NCBI GenBank assembly: GCA_949127925.1
Contig: CASBQX010000042.1
Location: forward strand, 1-32,648
DNA from: Synechococcales cyanobacterium PMM_0002
GTDB taxonomy: Bacteria > Cyanobacteriota > Cyanobacteriia > Elainellales > Elainellaceae
Length of the DNA stretch: 32,648 bases
Direction of reading: 5' to 3'
Shown in pieces: positions 25,877 to 32,648 of the stretch (the first letter of the stretch is position 1; each line of letters starts with the position of its first letter). Both the position numbers and the translations under genes were made by a program. The notes under the pieces are model-generated. The model had not been told where the DNA came from, ran no database searches, and saw only the letters and a program-made list of their open reading frames with translations.

Positions 25877-26827
25877 CTAGCGATAAAGCGCCTGAACCCA
25901 CTGCCATTCTTGCTGTAGCCCCTCAGCCAAAGAGACTTGAGGGATGTAGTTGAGCAATCGTTTGGCTTTAGACACATCAGCGGCGGTGTGGCGGGCATCT
26001 CCAGCGGCGTTGCCAATGTGGTTGCGCCGAATGGGTTGGCCGACAATCTGCTCCATCGTGTCTAGCACTTCGGTTAAGACCACCCGGCTGCCACCGCCAA
26101 TATTGAAGATTTCCCCGATTGCACCAGGCACTTCGGCGGCGGCCAAATTGGCGGCTACGATGTCGCTGACAAAGGTAAAATCGCGGGTTTGCTGCCCGTC
26201 ACCATAAATCCGGATTGGCTGATCGTCTAGCACAGATTTGAAGAACATGTGGAATGCCATATCGCTACGCTGGCGCGGGCCATAGACGGTGAAGTAGCGC
26301 AACACGCTGACGGGCACACCAAAATTGTGATGGTAGAGCAGGCAGAGCTGTTCGGCAGCCAGCTTGGTGATGCCGTAGGGCGATACAGGATGGGGGCAAA
26401 TGGTCTCAGACGTGGGCAGCGTTTCGGCATTGCCATAGACGGAGGACGAGGAGGCAAAGACGATCCGCTTGAGGCCAGGAGCCGTCTTCGCCGCTTCTAA
26501 GATTAGCTGGGTGGCATTGATATTGCGCTCGGTGTAACCGCGAAAGCCGTCGCCCCAGCTGGCGCGCACGCCGGCCTGCGCGGCCTGATGGTAGATCACA
26601 TCCACTTGGTCTAAAAGTGACGTCCAGTTGAGCGCTGCAATCGAGTCTTCGAGCAGCTGAAAGTTAGGGTGTTGTTCTAAATGGGCGACGTTTTTTCGCT
26701 TCAGAGCCGGGTCGTAGTAATCGTTAAATTCATCAATCCCAATGACGCGATCGCCCCGTTGCAGCAGCGCTTCTGTCAAATGAGACCCCACAAACCCAGC
26801 AGCCCCGGTCACAACACTTGTAGCCAT
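25877..26827 (-). CDS. NAD-dependent sugar-nucleotide epimerase/dehydratase (extended SDR)
   Basis: 316 aa with VTGAAGFVGSHL (Rossmann GxxGxxG), the SPYGITKLAAE catalytic YxxxK, and IDEFNDYYDP typical of the UDP-sugar 4-epimerase/decarboxylase group. Substrate not determinable. Confidence 0.85.
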   Translation of the reverse strand: MATSVVTGAAGFVGSHLTEALLQRGDRVIGIDEFNDYYDPALKRKNVAHLEQHPNFQLLEDSIAALNWTSLLDQVDVIYHQAAQAGVRASWGDGFRGYTERNINATQLILEAAKTAPGLKRIVFASSSSVYGNAETLPTSETICPHPVSPYGITKLAAEQLCLLYHHNFGVPVSVLRYFTVYGPRQRSDMAFHMFFKSVLDDQPIRIYGDGQQTRDFTFVSDIVAANLAAAEVPGAIGEIFNIGGGSRVVLTEVLDTMEQIVGQPIRRNHIGNAAGDARHTAADVSKAKRLLNYIPQVSLAEGLQQEWQWVQALYR

Positions 26828-27475
26828 TCGCAGTGAAACTCCCCAGTCACAAAAACTAGAAAATTGAGTTTTCGGACATCATGCGGCCAAAAACGCAACT
26901 TTGATCAAACAGGCTCTAAAGAGCCATTAAACAGGCTCTTTAGAGCAAGACCAGATTCTACACCCCTGCCCCGCCGCTGGGGAAGATGGCATTCGTCACA
27001 AATCGCAGCGGTAAGCGCCCAAATATTCTGCGCCCCGGCGGGGAATGTGTGGGTCTATGGCCTGCTGATGGTTAAAAAAAGACAAAATCGGTGAAACGCC
27101 AACCAGTTCAAAGGTGTATTCTATGATTTGGCCTGAGATTGCTTACTAGGCGATCGCCTACAGGCTCGATTTTGTAGGCAGTGTAACGATTTGATTGAGC
27201 AACGGTCTTCCGCCTTAAGCCCGAAATTCTAACCGCAACGGCTTGAAATGAATAGCCTTTTTGATGAATGTTTAAAGCGATCGCGACCAAAATGCGATCG
27301 CCGCGTCTCACCCTTCCAAATTTCCCACAGTTTTCTCGCAGTCGTTTGGTTAAAGATTACGTTAGAATTATTACGGCCTCTTTACACAACTTCCTCCCCC
27401 ATCGCCAGGAACTTTTGCTTAAGGGAGCCACCATTTCCCGCCCAAAAAATATCTCTCCCAACTGGAGCTTTTCTT

Positions 27476-29260
27476 ATGACCTTGCCGATTCGCAATGTTG
27501 CCATCATTGCCCACGTTGACCATGGTAAAACCACCCTGGTTGATGCTTTGCTTAGACAGTCCGGCACATTCCGCGAGGGGGAGGAAGTTCCAGATTGCGT
27601 GATGGATTCCAACACGCTAGAGCGGGAGCGAGGCATTACGATTCTGTCGAAGAATACTGCCGTTCATTACCAAGAAACCCTGATCAACATTGTAGATACC
27701 CCCGGACACGCCGACTTTGGCGGTGAGGTAGAGCGGGTGTTGGGCATGGTAGACGGCTGCATCCTGATCGTGGATGCCAACGAAGGCCCAATGCCACAAA
27801 CGCGGTTTGTGCTCAAGAAAGCCCTAGAAAAAGGTCTGCGGCCAATTGTTGTAGTCAACAAAATTGACCGCCCTCAGGCCGACCCTCACGGCTCGGTGGA
27901 TAAGGTGCTGGACTTGTTTTTGGAACTGGGCGCAGACGATGACCAGTGCGATTTCCCCTACCTATTTGCCTCCGGTCTAAGCGGCTATGCCAAAAACGAT
28001 CTGAAGGACGAGGGCATCGACATGAAGCCCATGTTTGAAGCCATTTTGGCACATGTGCCTGCTCCCGTAGGCGACCCGACCAAGCCGCTACAGCTACAGG
28101 TCACCACCCTAGATTATTCCGAATACCTGGGTCGAATTGTGATTGGCCGGATTCATAACGGCACCATTCGCGCTGGACAGCAAGCTGTGCTGATTACCGA
28201 GAGTGGGGCGATCGTTAAGTCCAAAATCAGCAAGCTGCTAGGGTTTGACGGGCTGAAGCGGGTGGAGATGGAATCGGCAACGGCAGGTCATATTGTGGCC
28301 GTGGCTGGGTTTGCCGATGCCTACATTGGCGAAACCATTACCGATCCCGACAATCCTCAAGCACTGCCGCTGATTAAGGTAGACGAACCCACCTTGCAGA
28401 TGACCTTCTGGGTCAACGATTCACCCTTTGTCGGCAAAGAAGGCAAACTGGTCACCTCGCGGCAGGTGCGCGATCGCCTGTTCCGTGAACTAGAAACCAA
28501 CGTGGCCTTGCGAGTGGAAGAAACCGACTCGCCCGACAGATTTGCCGTCTGCGGGCGGGGCGAACTGCACCTCGGTATCTTAATCGAAACCATGCGGCGG
28601 GAAGGCTACGAGTTCCAGGTTTCGCAGCCACAGGTCATTTACCGTGAAGTCAACGGCCAGCCCTGCGAACCGTTTGAGCTATTGGTGTTAGACGTTCCCG
28701 AAGAAGCGGTCGGCGGCTGCATTGAGCGGCTAGGCCAGCGGCGAGGCGAAATGCAAGACATGCGCGTCGGCGGGCGCACCCAGCTCGAATTCATCATCCC
28801 CGCTCGCGGCCTAATCGGATTCCGAGGCGAATTTATGCGCCTTACCCGTGGCGATGGCATCATGAACCACAGCTTCTTAGACTACCGTCAGCTATCAGGC
28901 GATGTGGAAGCTCGTCGCAATGGCGTGCTGATCTCCTTTGACGAAGGCGTGTCCACCTTCTATGCCATGAAAAACGCTGAAGACCGGGGCGTGTTCTTCA
29001 TTACTCCCGGCACAAAAGTTTACAAAGGCATGATTGTCGGCGAACATAACCGCCAGCAAGATCTAGAGCTAAACGTTTGCAAAACCAAGCAGCTCACCAA
29101 CCACCGAGCTGCTGGTGCCGACGAACTGGTGCAGCTGCAAGCCCCAATCGACATGAGCCTAGAGCGAGCGCTAGAGTACATCGGTTCAGATGAATTGCTG
29201 GAAGTTACCCCAGTCTCTATTCGCCTGCGCAAGATGTCGAAGAAGCTGGCAAAACGCTAG
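27476..29260 (+). CDS. typA: Translational GTPase TypA/BipA
   Basis: The start is placed at [26 protein letters not shown], with GGAG about 10 nt upstream. G-motifs DTPGHADF and NKID are present, with a BipA-type C-terminal domain. The 76 codons upstream in the track ORF are not credible. Confidence 0.93.
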   Translation: MTLPIRNVAIIAHVDHGKTTLVDALLRQSGTFREGEEVPDCVMDSNTLERERGITILSKNTAVHYQETLINIVDTPGHADFGGEVERVLGMVDGCILIVDANEGPMPQTRFVLKKALEKGLRPIVVVNKIDRPQADPHGSVDKVLDLFLELGADDDQCDFPYLFASGLSGYAKNDLKDEGIDMKPMFEAILAHVPAPVGDPTKPLQLQVTTLDYSEYLGRIVIGRIHNGTIRAGQQAVLITESGAIVKSKISKLLGFDGLKRVEMESATAGHIVAVAGFADAYIGETITDPDNPQALPLIKVDEPTLQMTFWVNDSPFVGKEGKLVTSRQVRDRLFRELETNVALRVEETDSPDRFAVCGRGELHLGILIETMRREGYEFQVSQPQVIYREVNGQPCEPFELLVLDVPEEAVGGCIERLGQRRGEMQDMRVGGRTQLEFIIPARGLIGFRGEFMRLTRGDGIMNHSFLDYRQLSGDVEARRNGVLISFDEGVSTFYAMKNAEDRGVFFITPGTKVYKGMIVGEHNRQQDLELNVCKTKQLTNHRAAGADELVQLQAPIDMSLERALEYIGSDELLEVTPVSIRLRKMSKKLAKR

Positions 29261-29272
29261 AGCCAAATGCAA

Positions 29273-29293
29273 GGGCATGGCGGTGCCATGCCC
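29273..29293. repeat. GC-rich palindromic hairpin GGGCATGGCGGTGCCATGCCC
   Basis: 21-nt palindrome 13 nt after the typA stop. It belongs to the same family as 4387, 8310 and 32563. Confidence 0.8.
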
Positions 29294-29369
29294 TCCTGTC
29301 CTGTACAAAAGCCATGCCCCAAGCTGCCGCAAATTGGTAGCAGTTAAAGAGAACATAATCATACACAAG

Positions 29370-29406
29370 GCGGCGCGTTCTATCCGGACGCGCCGCTTGC
29401 TTTTGG
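29370..29406 (+). terminator. Rho-independent terminator
   Basis: A 9-bp GC stem, GCGGCGCGT (29370-29378) with ACGCGCCGC (29388-29396), has a 9-nt loop and is followed by TTGCTTTTGG. Confidence 0.65.
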
Positions 29407-29657
29407 GGAGCTATTGCTGAAGGAAAACGCACCTGCAACCGAAATGGGTCTCACCCCCCGTGTAGTCTCTTGCATCGGTTGGTAACTCTAGACTCAGTTT
29501 GAGTCCTGCCTATCCTCCGTCGCTAGCATGGCGTGGCTAGTCGCCATGGCGTGGATGAAACAGATTGCTTTGAGACTCTCACGAGAGCGTCCCACGGCAA
29601 AATTCTGGTTTCATGGCGCTGGCGATCGCCCTTTCGTCTAGCGAATTAGAGACCCAT

Positions 29658-29681
29658 ATTCAGTTCAAGATTCAGTTCAAG
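29658..29681 (+). repeat. Perfect 12-nt tandem direct repeat (ATTCAGTTCAAG x2) upstream of the LuxR-type gene
   Basis: Two identical adjacent 12-mers lie 50 nt upstream of the ATG at 29731. This may be an operator; no further support. Confidence 0.7.
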
Positions 29682-29730
29682 CGTCAGCCCCCTTAGACGC
29701 AATTGCCCATTCATATAAGCCCCATCAACT

Positions 29731-30369
29731 ATGAACATTGATGAGATCTTTAACGGTTTTGCTGATGGCCTCTTGATTGTGACCGACCAGGGAACGCTGG
29801 TGTGTGCAAATCAGTATGCTCGCTTAATTTGCCATAGCTTGATGCAAGATACGCATCATTCTCCGTTTGTACCGAAAGAAGTTTGGCAAATTTGTCGGGT
29901 TGTGACAGAACTTGATCAGACTGCCTGCTGCCCTGAACCCATTTCGGTATTGGAGGGTGAATTTTATGCCGGACATTTGAATAGTATTCGCGTGCGGACG
30001 CGGTGGGTGCAGCTAAACGAAGCCGATCGCCCCAGTTTGCTGGTAATTTTGGAAGACAAAGCCCAACTGACTCGGCAAATGGCGATCGCCGAAGCTCAGA
30101 ACTGTGGTTTAACGCCCCGTGAGACCCAAGTTTGGCTATTGCACCGCGCCGGGAACAGCCGCAGCCAAATTGCGGCTCAGCTCTATATCAGCATCGATAC
30201 GGTGAAAAAGCACATCAAGAGCACCCGTGCCAAACGGGAGCTGGCTCAATGGCAGCAAACCGATTGGCTGGAGCGGAGTCAACCCCGCAAGGAAACATGG
30301 CCTAACCCAGACGAGCAACCCTTTACCGCTTCAACCGGGCATTCAGTTTCATCCTTACGCCACGGCTAG
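29731..30369 (+). CDS. LuxR/FixJ-type HTH transcriptional regulator with an N-terminal PAS-like sensory region
   Basis: 212 aa with the C-terminal LTPRETQVWLLHRAGNSRSQIAAQLYISIDTVKKHIKSTRAK (GerE/LuxR HTH). The N-terminus FADGLLIVTDQGTLVCANQYA is PAS-like. A ~45-aa tail overlaps the convergent P450 3' end. Confidence 0.75.
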   Translation: MNIDEIFNGFADGLLIVTDQGTLVCANQYARLICHSLMQDTHHSPFVPKEVWQICRVVTELDQTACCPEPISVLEGEFYAGHLNSIRVRTRWVQLNEADRPSLLVILEDKAQLTRQMAIAEAQNCGLTPRETQVWLLHRAGNSRSQIAAQLYISIDTVKKHIKSTRAKRELAQWQQTDWLERSQPRKETWPNPDEQPFTASTGHSVSSLRHG

Positions 30370-31699
30370 GAGCCAGGGTAACGCCCCGCCGTCGGGGCTG
30401 TTCGGGGGTGGTCGTCGCCAGAGCTAGGTCATAGCGGGTCAAAATGGTCGCCAATACCAGTTTCATTTCGAGCTGAGCCAAGGCTTCGCCAATACAGCGG
30501 CGCGCCCCACCGCCAAACGGTAAAAACTCAAAAGGAGAATATTGCTGCTCTAAAAAGCGCTCAGGTCGAAAAATATGCGGTTCGCAGTAGAGATCTGGGC
30601 GCTGATGCAGCAGATAAATGCACCCCATCACGGCGGTGCCGGGGTTGAGGGTGTGCCCCAGCAAAGTGGTCGATTCTTGCACCACTCGGGGGAAGGTGAG
30701 CATGGCAATGGGATGGATGCGCAGGGTTTCATTGCACACGGCAGATAGATACGGCAGCTTAGAAACACTCATGGCGTCTGATAGATCGACAGACTTTAGT
30801 TCACTCAGCAGCTTTTGGCGTACAGGCGGCTGACGGTGAATCCAATACAGTGCCCAGGCCATTGCAGTAGCGGTGGTTTCATGACCGGCAAACATCAGGG
30901 TCACCAGCTCATCGCGCAGTTCGCGATCGCTCATCGGCTGCCCGGTTTCATCGTGAGCCGACAGCAGCAGCGACAGAATATCCACCCGCTCGGGTGCCGG
31001 ATTGGCGCGGCGTTCGGCAATTTCGGCATAGAGCAAGTCATCTAGGCGTTGGCGATCGCGGATAAATTTCCCCCACGGACTCCACGCGCCCCAATCTTGC
31101 TGCAATCTGGGAAAAAACAATAGGCTAGATGCCAGCGGCGACGCAAATATATCTAACAACACCGTCAACATTGTTTTTAGCTGTTCAGCGCGATCGCCCT
31201 CAAACACGCCAAATACCGCCTGCAAAATTACCTGCAAGGAAATATTTTGCATCGCAGTTCGAGCCGAAAAAGTGGTTCCGGCTGGAATCTGGCTCAGCGT
31301 TTGTTCTGTTAGGTCGCAGATCAGCTGGCTGTATGCCCGCATCCGCTCACCGTGGAACGGCGGCATCAGCAATTGTCTGCGGCGTTTGTGGCGATCGCCC
31401 TCAATCAACACGACCGAATAATCACCCAATAGCGGCGCGAGAATGCGGTTGAAGCTGCCTAAAGCCGCATAGGTTTTGCGATCGTTAGTCAGAATTTCTT
31501 GAATCGCGTCGGGGGTATTGACAAACACCAGATTGCCACCAACCCCCACCACACCAGCGGCAAAGATATCGGGATGTTGGCGGGCGGCTGCCTGCATATA
31601 GCCAACCGGTTCAAACACCCACTGGAGCTGCTGCAATAAGCGCGGCTTAGACAGCGGATTGGGGGCAGATGGAATGCTGTCGATCGAAATACTAGTCAT
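30323..31699 (-). CDS. Cytochrome P450 (CYP110-like)
   Basis: 458 aa with the heme-thiolate loop FGGGARRCIGEALA, the I-helix FAGHETTA and the K-helix ETLR. The family guess (CYP110-like) rests on the N-terminal layout and is tentative. Confidence 0.88.
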   Translation of the reverse strand: MTSISIDSIPSAPNPLSKPRLLQQLQWVFEPVGYMQAAARQHPDIFAAGVVGVGGNLVFVNTPDAIQEILTNDRKTYAALGSFNRILAPLLGDYSVVLIEGDRHKRRRQLLMPPFHGERMRAYSQLICDLTEQTLSQIPAGTTFSARTAMQNISLQVILQAVFGVFEGDRAEQLKTMLTVLLDIFASPLASSLLFFPRLQQDWGAWSPWGKFIRDRQRLDDLLYAEIAERRANPAPERVDILSLLLSAHDETGQPMSDRELRDELVTLMFAGHETTATAMAWALYWIHRQPPVRQKLLSELKSVDLSDAMSVSKLPYLSAVCNETLRIHPIAMLTFPRVVQESTTLLGHTLNPGTAVMGCIYLLHQRPDLYCEPHIFRPERFLEQQYSPFEFLPFGGGARRCIGEALAQLEMKLVLATILTRYDLALATTTPEQPRRRGVTLAPSRGVRMKLNARLKR

Positions 31700-31840
31700 A
31701 GAAATCTAACAGAAGGTGGGGAGTTAATTGCAGCATAACGCAGCCACAGGCCCTATAGAATCTGATTGAGATCTAGGAAAAATCCACACCTAGAATGGAT
31801 TTTGACCAGTGATTTTGGCCAGTCGCGATTGATTTGTCGG

Positions 31841-31902
31841 GGCGAAGCATTGGCATCAAAATGCTGGAACCCTAGCCAAAATCTCGGTGCCAATGCTTCG
31901 CC
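31841..31902. repeat. Perfect 15-bp inverted repeat with a 32-nt loop
   Basis: GGCGAAGCATTGGCA (31841-31855) pairs with TGCCAATGCTTCGCC (31888-31902). It lies between the 77-aa ORF and the P450 gene. Confidence 0.85.
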
Positions 31903-31950
31903 GCTACAGCTCTCGGGTCACCCGTTAGGTCGCTCAATCATCTTTGTCGA

Positions 31951-32184
31951 TTAATCGACCCACAGGTATTTCATCAAAATCGCCATCACCTCACCCGATC
32001 GTCCGGTGGGGATGGGTTTGCTCCAGTCGTTGGGTTCGGCGTAGCCCTTTTTGTGCAAGGTTTTGATGGTGAGCTGGACAGCGGCGAGGGAGCCAAATAT
32101 GAGATGGCGGACGGGTTCGCGCTGAGGACGTGTCGCAGCAGAAGTTGGGGGCACGTCTGCGCCCGAGTCGGTGAATTGAGTCAT
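31951..32184 (-). CDS. Small conserved hypothetical protein (77 aa)
   Basis: The ORF contains VRHLIFGSLAAVQLTIKTLHKKGYAEPNDWSKPIPTGRSGEVMAIL. I recall similar small proteins (..GS...V...I..LH..GYAE...WS...P....GEVMSIL) being common in cyanobacteria, but I cannot name the family. Confidence 0.5.
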   Translation of the reverse strand: MTQFTDSGADVPPTSAATRPQREPVRHLIFGSLAAVQLTIKTLHKKGYAEPNDWSKPIPTGRSGEVMAILMKYLWVD

Positions 32185-32480
32185 GAGACTGGTCTCCTAG
32201 GAGTTGTGGGTTCAGGAAACCAGAACTCAATACCTTGGATCAATCCCGTTTTGTGTGTAGTGCAAAGCAGGATGACCAAGGTATCATTCACCAAGGTCGC
32301 CCGACTGCCTAGAACAGTTTAGGGGACTTAGCCGCTTGGAGGTGGTGTCACACTTTCCAAGTGGCGTTAAAGTATTGAGTCCTGATGTAAGGGCTGCCAC
32401 TGTCTTTTGCAGCAGCTTAATGAAAGAGCATACGGGTAGAACGGGGGTTCGTCAAGCGTATTTGACGATTAATTTCACGT

Positions 32481-32583
32481 CCCCTGTCATCGTAGAGACG
32501 CGATTAATCGCGTCTCCCTGTCGTCGTAGAGACGCGATTAATCGCGTCTCTACGACGACAGGGGCATGGCACGCCATGCCTCT
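32481..32583. repeat. Composite palindromic repeat: two copies of the GTAGAGACGCGATTAATCGCGTCTC element (one embedded in a perfect 48-nt palindrome), followed by a GGCATGGCACGCCATGCC hairpin
   Basis: 32516-32563, ccctgtcgtcgtagagacgcgattaatcgcgtctctacgacgacaggg, is a perfect palindrome. An upstream copy lies at about 32481-32516, and a GC hairpin at 32563-32580. Confidence 0.9.
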
Positions 32584-32648
32584 AACCCTGCATCTCGAAC
32601 GGTACTGTTTGGGCATGAAGGCTGCTGTTGTTAGGCGATGGTGTTTAA

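Noticed and set aside
27248-27475. 76-codon N-terminal extension of typA in the track ORF, and the 67-aa minus ORF 27108-27311
   Set aside because: BipA/TypA proteins start at [16 protein letters not shown]. The extension has non-coding-like composition, contains HIP1 sites and lacks an SD, whereas the ATG at 27476 has GGAG upstream. The 67-aa ORF has no support.
31766-31954. 62-aa + strand ORF between the P450 gene and the 77-aa ORF
   Set aside because: It spans the 15-bp inverted repeat and reads through both hairpin arms. It is most likely non-coding.
31991-32322. ORFs 31991-32230 (-) and 32053-32322 (+) overlapping the 77-aa ORF
   Set aside because: These are alternative-frame or antisense ORFs with Arg/Ser/Pro-biased composition. 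The 31951-32184 frame carries the motif I recognise.

Overview
This is a cyanobacterial chromosomal segment. It carries petB-petD, ispF, CPD photolyase, typA/bipA, aspS, a Ctp protease and PPK2, and the HIP1 octamer GCGATCGC occurs dozens of times. I can support 27 protein-coding loci, mostly housekeeping or cell-envelope genes, plus one decayed ISAs1-type transposase remnant and several families of short dispersed repeats. I found no tRNA, rRNA or CRISPR array, and no convincing multi-gene novel system such as a defence island, prophage or biosynthetic cluster. The observations most worth a second look are these. (1) Two otherwise intact genes carry a single in-frame stop exactly where a conserved residue is expected: aspS has TAG at a conserved Glu, and an SH3b/peptidoglycan-binding protein has TGA at a repeat-conserved Arg, followed by 43 more in-frame codons that complete the domain. 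(2) A heptanucleotide tandem repeat (GGATGAR / YTCATCC) abuts the start codons of three unrelated genes in the pyrimidine-sense orientation, and it forms an inverted pair bracketing the ispF-NUDIX spacer. (3) A 1.29-kb AT-rich divergent intergenic island has no HIP1 site and no ORF longer than 67 aa. (4) Three secreted SH3b-repeat proteins are present, two of which share a distinctive N-terminal module. (5) A 7 x 12-nt in-frame repeat encodes (QCPP/QCPT)n inside a GT4 glycosyltransferase. (6) There are two small gene neighbourhoods of unclear logic: a KamA-like radical SAM gene next to an orphan MinD/ParA gene, and a LuxR-type regulator convergently overlapping a cytochrome P450 that lies downstream of a 77-aa protein. 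All functional calls come from motif recognition by eye; no database search was possible.
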